From Flavobacteriaceae bacterium (GTDB lineage: Bacteria > Bacteroidota > Bacteroidia > Flavobacteriales > Flavobacteriaceae), in contig JAQWSC010000008.1 in NCBI GenBank assembly GCA_029243385.1, forward strand, positions 45,612 to 109,611: a stretch of 64,000 bases of DNA, in the 5' to 3' direction. Position numbers and translations under genes: made by a program. Below, one piece after another: positions 8,631 to 17,789 of the stretch. The number at the start of each line of letters is the position of its first letter. Position 1 is the stretch's first letter. The notes below the pieces were generated by a model. The model saw only the letters and a program-made list of their open reading frames with translations, made no database searches and had not been told where the DNA came from.

Positions 8631-9656
8631 TTAAGAAACGGGTTGCGTTGCCCATTCGTCAATCCAACGACTCAGGACTTTTACCCATTCTGGGTCGGTA
8701 TTCAGACAAGGAACTACATGGAATTGTTCTCCCCCTTTTTCCTTAAAATCTTCCGCAGCTTCCATCCCTATTTCCTCCAATGTTTCCAAACAGTCTGAAA
8801 TAAAAGCCGGAGTTACTATCGCCATGTTTTTGGTGCCTTTTTTGGCAAAATCCTCAACCGTTGTATCGGTGTACGGTTGAAGCCATTTGTCTCCTGCCAA
8901 CCGCGACTGAAACGAAGAGGAATACGTTCCTTCTTTAAGTTCTAAATAGTCGGCTACTTTTCGAGTCGTTTCATAACACTGATGTCGGTAACAAAATTCA
9001 TGTGCTGGAGATTTTGTTTGGCAACAATGTCCGTCAATTTTACAATGGGATTTGGTAATATCTGTTTTTCGAATATGCCGTTCTGGAATACCGTGGTATG
9101 AAAAAAGTAAGTGTTCCCACTCCTTGTCTTTCAAGTGATTTTGAATCGAATTTGCCAACACTCTCACATAATCGGGGTGGTTATAAAATGCTGGAAGATT
9201 TGTAAATTCCATGCTTGGAAAAAACTCTTTTCGTAAGGCTTCTGCCAACACCAAAATGGTTTCCGTAGTAGCCATGGCATGTTGAGGGTACAATGGAATA
9301 AGCAAGGTTTCTGTTACCCCTAAATCAGAAAGCTCTTGAAGTCCTTGCTTGATGGAAGGTTTTCCGTATCGCATTGCCAAAGCAACAGGAACGGATGTTA
9401 GGTCTTTTACTTTTTTTTGAAGTCGCTCGGACAACACAATTAATGGAGAGCCTTCGTCCCACCATATTTTTTGGTAGGCTTTGGCCGATTTCTTGGGTCT
9501 TGTGTTTAGGATGATTCCTTTGACCAAAAGCGTTCTTAAAAATTTAGGAACATCAATCACGCGTTCGTCCATCAAAAATTCTCCTAAATATTTTTTTACG
9601 TCTTTGGGTTGCGGACTGTCTGGAGAGCCCAAATTTACCAATAATACTCCTTTCAT
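8631..9656 (-). CDS. hemH: ferrochelatase
   Basis: MKGVLLVNLGSPDSP..., LLFSYHGIPE, FISDCLETLEE. Confidence 0.9.
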   Translation of the reverse strand: MKGVLLVNLGSPDSPQPKDVKKYLGEFLMDERVIDVPKFLRTLLVKGIILNTRPKKSAKAYQKIWWDEGSPLIVLSERLQKKVKDLTSVPVALAMRYGKPSIKQGLQELSDLGVTETLLIPLYPQHAMATTETILVLAEALRKEFFPSMEFTNLPAFYNHPDYVRVLANSIQNHLKDKEWEHLLFSYHGIPERHIRKTDITKSHCKIDGHCCQTKSPAHEFCYRHQCYETTRKVADYLELKEGTYSSSFQSRLAGDKWLQPYTDTTVEDFAKKGTKNMAIVTPAFISDCLETLEEIGMEAAEDFKEKGGEQFHVVPCLNTDPEWVKVLSRWIDEWATQPVS

Positions 9657-9697
9657 GGGTTTGAATTTATTGCTTTAATACTGTTGAAAATAAAGGC

Positions 9698-10591
9698 TTA
9701 AGAAGTTAAAGACATCAAGTATTTTTTGGGGGTAGTGTTGTATTTCTTTTTAAAAGCTGTTATAAAATGACTCGCCGTACTGTAACCTACTCGAAGTCCA
9801 ACCTCATTGACATTGAGGTTACCTGAGGAAAGCATCTTTCGTGCCATTTCCATTTTGTAATCAAATAAAAATCCGTACACTGAATTTCCATACACTTGTT
9901 TAAAGCCTTCTTTTAATTTTTTCAGACTCAACCCAATTTCATCTGCCAAATCTTGAAGAGAAGGCGGCTCAGACATTCGAGATATCATAATATCTTTTGC
10001 ATTTCGAATGCGACGAACATTGTCTTCATCTGTTAAAAAAGGACATTGTTCTACGTTGGCCTCTTCATTGCGGTTGAAATACAAACTCATTAACTCAAAA
10101 ACCTTTCCTTTTAAGTAAAGGCTTTCCACAGATGAATGAATTTGTTTTTTAGAAATTTGGCTCAAAACTACTGCCATCATGGGACTTAAAGGACGATCCT
10201 TATAATATTTTTTTTCTTTGTTTTCGTCATTCAAAAATAAAATCTGATTGGCCTCTTGTGAAAAAAGTCCGTGAAATTTTTTAATCGAAATTAAAATTGA
10301 AACCAACCATGAGTGGGGTTGAAGGGTTGCCCGTATGGGCAACTCTCTTTGGGGGTTGTACAATAATAGGGAAGTATCGGACTGTATTGGAAATTGATAA
10401 GCGCCATTATTAAACCCAAACTGAACCTCGCCTCGCAAGCAAAAATGAAATTGTATGTAGGTATGATCTATTTCATGCTCGATCAAAATAGGCGAACGAT
10501 GATCGTGGTTTTTATTCAAAACTATCAACCCTTCTTCTACAACCACTTCTTCAATAGAACCTAAAGCGATATTTTTTTGAGAATCTATCAT
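9698..10591 (-). CDS. AraC family transcriptional regulator (cupin-like N-terminal domain plus HTH)
   Basis: C-terminal HTH LADEIGLSLKKLKEGFK... and VGYSTASHFITAFKKKYNTTPKKY. It lies 41 nt upstream of hemH on the same strand and is divergent from hemA. Confidence 0.85.
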   Translation of the reverse strand: MIDSQKNIALGSIEEVVVEEGLIVLNKNHDHRSPILIEHEIDHTYIQFHFCLRGEVQFGFNNGAYQFPIQSDTSLLLYNPQRELPIRATLQPHSWLVSILISIKKFHGLFSQEANQILFLNDENKEKKYYKDRPLSPMMAVVLSQISKKQIHSSVESLYLKGKVFELMSLYFNRNEEANVEQCPFLTDEDNVRRIRNAKDIMISRMSEPPSLQDLADEIGLSLKKLKEGFKQVYGNSVYGFLFDYKMEMARKMLSSGNLNVNEVGLRVGYSTASHFITAFKKKYNTTPKKYLMSLTS

Positions 10592-10598
10592 AGATATT

Positions 10599-10621
10599 TA
10601 ATTTAGAAGTGTTCTAAATTA
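10599..10621. promoter_or_regulatory. 23-bp palindrome TAATTTAGAAgtgTTCTAAATTA just upstream of the AraC-gene ATG
   Basis: Perfect 10-bp arms with a 3-nt spacer, read directly. It starts 8 nt from ATG 10591 and shares the TTTAG core with the downstream direct repeats. Confidence 0.4.
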
Positions 10622-10647
10622 CACGCTTCTTAATTTAATATTTTCAA

Positions 10648-10655
10648 CAAAAATA
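10648..10655 (-). promoter_or_regulatory. candidate -7 box (TATTTTTG) for the AraC-hemH(-hemJ) transcript
   Basis: Plus strand reads CAAAAATA, 56 nt upstream of ATG 10591. Confidence 0.3.
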
Positions 10656-10697
10656 GGACATTTAGAGATAATTTTACCTAAAATACACAAAAAATCC

Positions 10698-10730
10698 TTT
10701 AGCGTTATTAAAAGTTCTTTTAGCGTTATT
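10698..10730 (+). promoter_or_regulatory. two exact 12-nt direct repeats TTTAGCGTTATT spaced 21 bp start-to-start; candidate AraC operator of the hemA operon
   Basis: Copies at 10698-10709 and 10719-10730. A 9/12 copy, TTTAGAGATAAT, lies at 10661-10672. The second copy ends 32 nt before the hemA ATG. Confidence 0.4.
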
Positions 10731-10749
10731 TTTTAGTTTTTCCGTGAAT

Positions 10750-10757
10750 TATTTTTG
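10750..10757 (+). promoter_or_regulatory. candidate -7 box (TATTTTTG) for hemA
   Basis: TATTTTTG-ACACA-ATG, only 5 nt before the hemA ATG. Confidence 0.3.
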
Positions 10758-10762
10758 ACACA

Positions 10763-12013
10763 ATGATTTACGAGCCCATTTCAAAAGGAAAATCTTTTTA
10801 TGCCATTGGCTTAAACTACAAAAAAGCCGACGCAGATAAGCGCGGTAGGTTTAGCGTTCAAAGAAATCAAATAGATTTTTTATTAAAAGACGCAAAAGAT
10901 CAGGGAGTATCATCCATCTTGGTCAACTCAACGTGTAATCGTACTGAAATTTATGGTTTTGTCAGCGATGCTCGTACGTTAATTGCGCTACTTTGCAACC
11001 ATTCAGAAGGCACTCGCAAGGAATTTGAAGACATTGGATATGTGTTCAAAAATGCTCAAGCTGTTGATCATATTTTTAATGTAGGAACGGGGCTAGACAG
11101 TCAAATACTTGGCGACTTTGAAATAATTGCTCAACTTAAAAAAAGTTTTTATCGTTCGAAAAAAATGAAGCTGACCAATCCTTTTATGGAGCGGCTAGTT
11201 AATTCGGTAATACAGGCAAGCAAGCGAATTAAAAACGAGACGGAAATATCTTCGGGAGTTACTTCAGTTTCGTTTGCATCTGTACGCTATATTTTGGATA
11301 ACGTAGAGGATGTACCTTCCAAAAATATTTTGTTATTTGGAATGGGTAAAATTGGTAGAAACACTTGTGAAAATCTTGTAAAGCACACCGAAAATAAGCA
11401 CATCACACTGATTAACAGAACTCGGAAAAATGCTGAAAATATTGCTGGCAAATTCCATTTGCAAGTAAAAGATTTTGCTGATCTAACCGCCGAAATTCAC
11501 ACTACAGACATCTTGATTGTAGCTACCGGTGCAGCAAACCCAACCATTACCAAAGACCTCATTCACACCAACAAACCTTTGTTAATATTGGACTTGTCAA
11601 TTCCAAAAAATGTAGATGAAAATGTATTGGAGCACGATCAAATTTCTTTAGTTCACCTCGATCATCTGTCAAAAATTACAGACCAAACCCTTCATCGAAG
11701 AAAACAATACATTCCCCAAGCGCAAGAAATTATTCAAGAGGTACGAAGCGAATTTGATCAATGGTTGACTACTCGCAAATTTGTTCCAACAATCAAGGCA
11801 TTGAAAAATAAATTAATTCGAATTCAAGACAACGAAATTGCTTCTCAACGCAAAAAAATAAAAAACTTCGACGAGGAACAAGTGTTGTTGGTTTCCAATC
11901 ATTTGATTCAAAAAATTACCAATCAAGTCGCCAACCACCTTAAAGATCACGATGAATCAAACGATCGTTTGACAATGATTCAAGAAGTCTTTAAACTTAA
12001 TCCCGATGAGTAG
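10763..12013 (+). CDS. hemA: glutamyl-tRNA reductase
   Basis: Catalytic-Cys motif NSTCNRTEIYG and the NAD(P) fold LLFGMGKIG. Confidence 0.9.
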   Translation: MIYEPISKGKSFYAIGLNYKKADADKRGRFSVQRNQIDFLLKDAKDQGVSSILVNSTCNRTEIYGFVSDARTLIALLCNHSEGTRKEFEDIGYVFKNAQAVDHIFNVGTGLDSQILGDFEIIAQLKKSFYRSKKMKLTNPFMERLVNSVIQASKRIKNETEISSGVTSVSFASVRYILDNVEDVPSKNILLFGMGKIGRNTCENLVKHTENKHITLINRTRKNAENIAGKFHLQVKDFADLTAEIHTTDILIVATGAANPTITKDLIHTNKPLLILDLSIPKNVDENVLEHDQISLVHLDHLSKITDQTLHRRKQYIPQAQEIIQEVRSEFDQWLTTRKFVPTIKALKNKLIRIQDNEIASQRKKIKNFDEEQVLLVSNHLIQKITNQVANHLKDHDESNDRLTMIQEVFKLNPDE

Positions 12014-12902
12014 TCCGATCCGCATAGGAACTCGTGACAGTGAACTGGCTTTGTGGCAAGCCACTCATGTTCAAAAAAAAATAACCTCGTTAGGACTGGA
12101 ATCTGTTTTGGTTCCTCTAAAATCCGAAGGCGACAAAAATCAAATCAAACCGCTATACGAAATGGGCGTTGTGGGTGTTTTTACCAAAGTGCTGGACACT
12201 GCCTTACTAAACCATCGTATTGATATTGCTGTGCATAGCATGAAGGATGTCCCCACACAGCTTCCCAAAGGACTGGTTCAAGCAGCTGTTTTGGAAAGAG
12301 AAAGTCCATTGGATCTTTTGGTGTTTAAAACTTCTGAACTTGATTTTTCAAAGTCGCTTACGATTGCCACAAGCAGTCTTCGCCGAAAAGCCCAATGGCT
12401 TTGCAGATACCCACACCATCAAATTGTAGTGTTGCGAGGCAATGTGAATACACGTCTTCAAAAACTCAAAACAAACGACTGGGACGGTGCTATTTTTGCA
12501 AAAGCAGGACTCGAACGACTGAATATTGTTCCTAAAAACAGTGTCGATTTACCCTGGATGACTCCTGCTCCAGCGCAAGGAGCTATTATGGTGGTTGCCA
12601 AAAATGAAAATCCCGAACTTTGTAAGTTACTTTCAAAAATCAATCACCAAAAAACTGCCCAATGTGTTCAAATAGAACGCAATTTTTTACGAACACTTCA
12701 AGGCGGTTGTTCGGCTCCCATTGGCGCATTGGCGCACATTACAAACGACGAAATTCACTTTACAGGAAACATTTCTCACCCCAATGGAAAAGACACTGTA
12801 GTTATTGAAAAAACTGCGCCTATCCAAGACAAAGCCCTTGGAAAACTGTATGCCGAGGAAATACTATCTAGCGGTGGACAACGAATTTTGGAACAAATAT
12901 AA
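12006..12902 (+). CDS. hemC: hydroxymethylbilane synthase (porphobilinogen deaminase)
   Basis: IRIGTRDSELALWQA and the cofactor Cys in LQGGCSAPIGA. Overlaps hemA by 8 nt (ATGAGTAG). Confidence 0.9.
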   Translation: MSSPIRIGTRDSELALWQATHVQKKITSLGLESVLVPLKSEGDKNQIKPLYEMGVVGVFTKVLDTALLNHRIDIAVHSMKDVPTQLPKGLVQAAVLERESPLDLLVFKTSELDFSKSLTIATSSLRRKAQWLCRYPHHQIVVLRGNVNTRLQKLKTNDWDGAIFAKAGLERLNIVPKNSVDLPWMTPAPAQGAIMVVAKNENPELCKLLSKINHQKTAQCVQIERNFLRTLQGGCSAPIGALAHITNDEIHFTGNISHPNGKDTVVIEKTAPIQDKALGKLYAEEILSSGGQRILEQI

Positions 12903-12916
12903 TCGAGACAAACCCT

Positions 12917-13600
12917 ATGCAAACACATCGTGTTTTATCGACAAAAATTTTATCTGAAGCCCATCGGGACCGATTAATTCAAGCAAATATTTCTTTGATT
13001 CAAGCCAATTTTATTGAAACAAAACCCCTGTCTTTTTCAATTCCTTCCGGTTATGAAAATTGGATTTTTACAAGTCAAAACGCTGTGGAAGCCGTTTTTT
13101 CTTCAAAAGAAAAAGAAAAATGTATTGGCAAAAAAATATTTTGCGTAGGTGAAAAGACAAAGTCACTTTTAATCAAAAATGGGCAGAAAGTGGTCAAAAT
13201 GAGTCAAAATTCACTAGAATTGGCTCATTTTATAGCAAAATACTATAAAAATACATCGTTTTTGTTTTGTTGCGGAAATCTAAAAAAAGAAGATTTACCG
13301 AGGATTTTATCACAACAACAGATTCCTCTTACAGAAGTGGTCGTTTATCAAACAACGCTAACCCCTAAAAAAATCGAAACTCCCGTAGATAGTATTCTTT
13401 TTTTTAGCCCCAGCGGTGTAGAAAGTTTCACGCGCCTCAACCAACTAGGCAAATCCCAAGGCATTTGTATTGGCGCATCAACAGCCGAAGCATTAAAACC
13501 TTATACAACAAATATTTCAGTAGCTACGTCTCCAACCATTGAGCACGTACTGCTAAAAACAATTCAAAATTTTGGCACTTATGAGTATGTTAAAAAATGA
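12917..13600 (+). CDS. hemD: uroporphyrinogen-III synthase
   Basis: Size and position between hemC and hemE; two-lobed HemD-like sequence ([20 protein letters not shown]). Confidence 0.8.
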   Translation: MQTHRVLSTKILSEAHRDRLIQANISLIQANFIETKPLSFSIPSGYENWIFTSQNAVEAVFSSKEKEKCIGKKIFCVGEKTKSLLIKNGQKVVKMSQNSLELAHFIAKYYKNTSFLFCCGNLKKEDLPRILSQQQIPLTEVVVYQTTLTPKKIETPVDSILFFSPSGVESFTRLNQLGKSQGICIGASTAEALKPYTTNISVATSPTIEHVLLKTIQNFGTYEYVKK

Positions 13601-14609
13601 TCTTTTTTTGAAAGCCCTTCGGGGTGAAACCGTTGAGCGGCCTCCTGTATGGATGATGCGTCAAGCAGGAAGGTACTTACCTGATTTTATGAAACTAAAA
13701 GAAAAGTATGATTTTTTTACGCGATGCCGAACTCCCGAACTGGCGACTGAAATCACCGTGATGCCTATTGATCAAATCGGTCCCGACGCGGCTATTTTGT
13801 TCAGTGATATTTTGGTAATTCCACAAGCGATGGGAATCGAAGTAGAAATGAAAAACGGAGTAGGTCCTTGGTTGCCCAATCCGGTTCGCTCTATAGAAGC
13901 CGTTGGTCAAGTAACCGTTCCGGATATCGATGAAAGTTTGGGCTACGTATTGGATGCTATCAAAATGACAAAACAAGCGCTGAACGACGAAGTTCCGCTA
14001 ATTGGTTTTGCAGGCTCACCCTGGACAATTCTCTGTTATGCGGTAGAAGGTCAAGGGTCAAAATCCTTTGACAAAGCAAAAGGATTTTGTTTTTCTGAAC
14101 CCCAAGCAGCCCATCAGCTACTTCAAAAAATCACCGATACCACCATTGCCTACCTCAAAGCCAAAGTAAAGGCTGGAGTAAATGCCGTTCAAATTTTTGA
14201 TTCGTGGGGAGGTATGTTGTCTCCTGTAGATTATCAAGAGTTTTCCTGGAAATACATTCAGCAAATTATTGATGCACTAAAAGACCTCTCCCCTGTAATT
14301 GTATTTGGAAAAGGATGTTGGTTTGCCCTTCAGGAAATGTCACAATCAGGTGCTGCTGCTTTGGGTGTTGACTGGACCTGTTCGGCTCGTAACGCACGGT
14401 ATTTGACCGGTGGAAACATCCCTCTTCAAGGAAATTTTGACCCTTCACGGTTGCTATCTCCCATACCCGAAATTCAAAAACAAGTTAAAATCATGATCGA
14501 TTCCTTTGGAAAAGATCGATACATCGCCAATTTGGGTCATGGTATTTTACCAAACATTCCCGTCGATCATGCCAAAGCTTTTGTTGAAGCAGTTAAAAAT
14601 TATCATTAA
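13587..14609 (+). CDS. hemE: uroporphyrinogen decarboxylase
   Basis: [34 protein letters not shown]. The track start at 13572 is TTG; ATGs lie at 13581 and 13587. Overlaps the hemD end. Confidence 0.9.
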   Translation: MLKNDLFLKALRGETVERPPVWMMRQAGRYLPDFMKLKEKYDFFTRCRTPELATEITVMPIDQIGPDAAILFSDILVIPQAMGIEVEMKNGVGPWLPNPVRSIEAVGQVTVPDIDESLGYVLDAIKMTKQALNDEVPLIGFAGSPWTILCYAVEGQGSKSFDKAKGFCFSEPQAAHQLLQKITDTTIAYLKAKVKAGVNAVQIFDSWGGMLSPVDYQEFSWKYIQQIIDALKDLSPVIVFGKGCWFALQEMSQSGAAALGVDWTCSARNARYLTGGNIPLQGNFDPSRLLSPIPEIQKQVKIMIDSFGKDRYIANLGHGILPNIPVDHAKAFVEAVKNYH

Positions 14610-14617
14610 TTTTTTCT

Positions 14618-15523
14618 ATGAAAACACAATTCTCAAATTACATCGAACAATTACAAGATTGCATTACCAGTAAACTTGAAAAACTGGATGGCGGTGCTAC
14701 TTTTAAGGAAGATCTTTGGGAGCGAAAAGAAGGTGGTGGCGGAAGAACGCGCGTGATTGAAAATGGAAACGTATTCGAAAAAGGCGGCGTTAACATTTCA
14801 AAAGTACACGGCGAATTGCCCCCGGCTATGCAAGCCTATTTTGGAGTAAGCGACTGTACATTTTTTGCGTGTGGATTGAGCTTAGTACTTCATCCTAAAA
14901 ACCCAATGGCTCCCACAGTTCATGCCAATTGGCGGTATTTTGAGCTGTACGATACAGAAGGATCTAAAATCGATGCGTGGTTTGGGGGCGGACAAGACCT
15001 CACTCCTTATTATTTGTTTGAGGAAGATGCGCTGCATTTTCACACCGTATGTAAACGAGCTTGCGATGCACATCAGCACGATTTTTACAACCAGTACAAA
15101 GAAAAATGCGATCAGTATTTTTGGAATGCACATCGGAATGAGGCGAGAGGTATTGGTGGGCTGTTCTTTGATTATTGCAAAGCCACGGATACTTTTTCAA
15201 TTGAACAATGGAAGCGTTTTGTATGCGAAGTGGGAGATTCATTTTTGGAAAGCTATGTTCCCATCGTTGAGCGAAGAAAAGACACCGCTTATACTGAGGA
15301 ACAAAGAGAATGGCAAGAAATTCGAAGAGGGCGGTATGTAGAGTTTAACTTGGTTCATGATAAAGGAACGTTGTTTGGCCTCAAAACCAACGGACGAATC
15401 GAAAGTATTTTGATGAGTCTTCCTCCCAAAGTTCAATGGAGTTATGATCATCATCCCAAAAAAGGAAGCCCAGAAGAACAATTAGTTAAGGTGTTAAAGC
15501 ACCCAGTAGAATGGATAAAATAA
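14618..15523 (+). CDS. hemF: oxygen-dependent coproporphyrinogen III oxidase
   Basis: GGGGRTRVIENG, WFGGGQDLTPYY, RRGRYVEFNLVHDKGTLFGL. Confidence 0.9.
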   Translation: MKTQFSNYIEQLQDCITSKLEKLDGGATFKEDLWERKEGGGGRTRVIENGNVFEKGGVNISKVHGELPPAMQAYFGVSDCTFFACGLSLVLHPKNPMAPTVHANWRYFELYDTEGSKIDAWFGGGQDLTPYYLFEEDALHFHTVCKRACDAHQHDFYNQYKEKCDQYFWNAHRNEARGIGGLFFDYCKATDTFSIEQWKRFVCEVGDSFLESYVPIVERRKDTAYTEEQREWQEIRRGRYVEFNLVHDKGTLFGLKTNGRIESILMSLPPKVQWSYDHHPKKGSPEEQLVKVLKHPVEWIK

Positions 15524-15529
15524 AACGAC

Positions 15530-16507
15530 ATGTACCCACTAAGAAGAAATAGAAGACTACGAACCACCCCTGCGCTCAGAGCATTGGTGCGTGAAACACA
15601 TCTTAACACTACAGACTTTATCGTTCCTTTGTTTGTTGTAGAAGGATCTGGGATTAAAGAAGAAATTCCTTCGATGCCCAATTATTATCGTTTCAGCTTG
15701 GATTTGATTCGCAAAGAAGTAAAAGAGCTTTGGAGTTTGGGATTAAAATCTGTTCTTCTTTTTGTAAAAGTTCCTGACAAACTGAAAGACAACGCTGGAA
15801 CAGAAGCATTGAACGCCGAAGGATTGATGCAACGAGCCATTAAGGAAGTTCGAAATGCTGTGCCCGAAATGGTTGTGATGACCGATGTGGCGTTGGATCC
15901 CTATTCCAGTTATGGGCATGATGGCATCGTTGAGAACGGAATTGTAGTAAATGATGCGACCAACTCTATTTTGGCAGAAATGGCGGTTTCTCATGCAACT
16001 GCAGGAGCTTCGATAGTGGCTCCGAGCGACATGATGGACGGTAGAATTTTAGACATTCGAGAAGCTTTGGAAGATGAAGGATTTGTGGACACAGCCATTA
16101 TGAGTTATAGCGCTAAATACGCTTCCTCGTTTTACGGACCTTTTCGAGATGCGTTGGACTCAGCTCCAGGGTTTGGCGATAAAAAAACCTATCAAATGGA
16201 TCCTTCCAATCGGTTTGAGGCCATCAAAGAAACTCTGATGGACATTGACGAAGGAGCAGATATTGTAATGATTAAACCAGGTATTGCCTATTTAGACATA
16301 GTTCGAGAAATCCGAAACGAAGTAGATGTTCCCGTTGCTGTGTATCAAGTAAGTGGCGAATATGCCATGATCAAAGCGGCCGCAGAAAAAGGATGGCTTG
16401 ATCATGAGGCCGTAATGCAAGAACAACTTTTGGCAATAAAACGCGCAGGCGCCAATATGATTGCTTCCTATTTCGCAAAAGATATGGCGCGTATTTTGGG
16501 CGCTTAA
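15530..16507 (+). CDS. hemB: porphobilinogen synthase (ALA dehydratase)
   Basis: Active-site lysine contexts IMSYSAKYASSFYGPFRDA and ADIVMIKPG. Confidence 0.9.
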   Translation: MYPLRRNRRLRTTPALRALVRETHLNTTDFIVPLFVVEGSGIKEEIPSMPNYYRFSLDLIRKEVKELWSLGLKSVLLFVKVPDKLKDNAGTEALNAEGLMQRAIKEVRNAVPEMVVMTDVALDPYSSYGHDGIVENGIVVNDATNSILAEMAVSHATAGASIVAPSDMMDGRILDIREALEDEGFVDTAIMSYSAKYASSFYGPFRDALDSAPGFGDKKTYQMDPSNRFEAIKETLMDIDEGADIVMIKPGIAYLDIVREIRNEVDVPVAVYQVSGEYAMIKAAAEKGWLDHEAVMQEQLLAIKRAGANMIASYFAKDMARILGA

Positions 16508-16587
16508 AAAAATAGTTGCCTAAAACTTTACACAAGCTTTAACGAACTTTCCTCGTGATAAGCTATTCCTTTAATTACAATTCTAAC

Positions 16588-16612
16588 AAATACATTTAAA
16601 AAATGTATTTTT
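16588..16612 (+). terminator. AT-rich hairpin, possible hemB-operon terminator
   Basis: Perfect 10-bp stem AAATACATTT/AAATGTATTT with loop AAA, then TT. The weak T-tract and all-AT stem lower confidence. Confidence 0.35.
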
Positions 16613-16625
16613 ATAAAAAAAACAG

Positions 16626-17789
16626 ATGGAGCTATTGACCCAACTTTTACGCAAACTCGTTGTAATCCTATTAATTTTCATTGGGGTCTTGTATTTTTCT
16701 GGATATGGCTATCTGATTGATATGGGAATTACAATTGTCCGAACGGGCAGAGCTGGCGCAGGCATCAATGATTATGAATATTTTTACAATCGATCTATTG
16801 AAAAAAGTTCGAATCCACAGCCTTGGACAATTCATAAAGAATATAACCTAACTCCTCCCACAGAAAAACTGACACAACTTCATAAAGATCTAGGCACTGT
16901 TGCCTATATGATTATAAAAAACGATTCGATTTGGCACGAACAATATTTTGAAGGTTACGGAACAACCTCTTTTAGCAATTCGTTTTCGATGTCAAAAAGC
17001 ATTGTTTGCGCCATGCTGGGAAGAGCTATTTCGGAAGGATTTGTAAATAATATTGATCAAAAAGTAAGTGACTTTTTACCTGAATTTAATGACGGATATG
17101 CTGCGCAACTAACAGTGGGCGACTTGGCGAGTATGTCGTCAGGTCTTCAATGGACAGAAAGCTATACCAACCTGCTTACCATTACCCCTAGAGTGTATGT
17201 CGAAAAAGAGCTGAACGCACTCATGCGAACCATTCCCATTGAGTCAGAGCCTGGCAAATCTTTTCGCTATCTGAGTGGAAATACACAGCTTTTAGCAATG
17301 CTACTTGAAGAAGCCACAGGAAAAAATGTTTCTACGCTACTAAAAGAATGGTTTTGGGAAGATATGGGCGCCGAAAACGATGTGTTGTGGCAACTGGATG
17401 ATGAAAATGGAAATGAAAAAGCCTATTGCTGCTTTAATTCCAACGCAAGAGACTTCGCTCGATTTGGAAAACTCTTCAAAAACAACGGTGTTTGGAACGG
17501 AAAAACCCTATTAGATCCCGAATTTGTTGAGCTTTCTATTACCCCTCGATTTGAAGAAAGTCCAAAATACGGCTACGGCTGGTGGCTTGGAGAACGAATG
17601 GGAAGAAAATTCTTCAGCATGCAAGGTCATTTGGGACAATACGTGATTGTAATTCCAGAAGAGGACCTCATAGTGGTTCGACTGGGTCATGAAAAAATAG
17701 GGAACCTAAACGGCAATCCTCATCCCGAAGATTGTTATTACTACATAGAAGAAGCCCTAAAAATGATTGCTAATGATTCAACATCTTAA
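16626..17789 (+). CDS. serine hydrolase (beta-lactamase/PBP4-like fold) with N-terminal TM anchor
   Basis: SxxK motif in FSMSKSIVCAML; hydrophobic N-terminus LVVILLIFIGVLYF. Confidence 0.75.
   Translation: MELLTQLLRKLVVILLIFIGVLYFSGYGYLIDMGITIVRTGRAGAGINDYEYFYNRSIEKSSNPQPWTIHKEYNLTPPTEKLTQLHKDLGTVAYMIIKNDSIWHEQYFEGYGTTSFSNSFSMSKSIVCAMLGRAISEGFVNNIDQKVSDFLPEFNDGYAAQLTVGDLASMSSGLQWTESYTNLLTITPRVYVEKELNALMRTIPIESEPGKSFRYLSGNTQLLAMLLEEATGKNVSTLLKEWFWEDMGAENDVLWQLDDENGNEKAYCCFNSNARDFARFGKLFKNNGVWNGKTLLDPEFVELSITPRFEESPKYGYGWWLGERMGRKFFSMQGHLGQYVIVIPEEDLIVVRLGHEKIGNLNGNPHPEDCYYYIEEALKMIANDSTS

Noticed and set aside
14922-15341. 139-aa alternative-frame ORF inside hemF, with several antisense ORFs at 14882-15481.
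   Set aside because: hemF motifs are unambiguous in the annotated frame. The alternative frames have odd composition and no start context.
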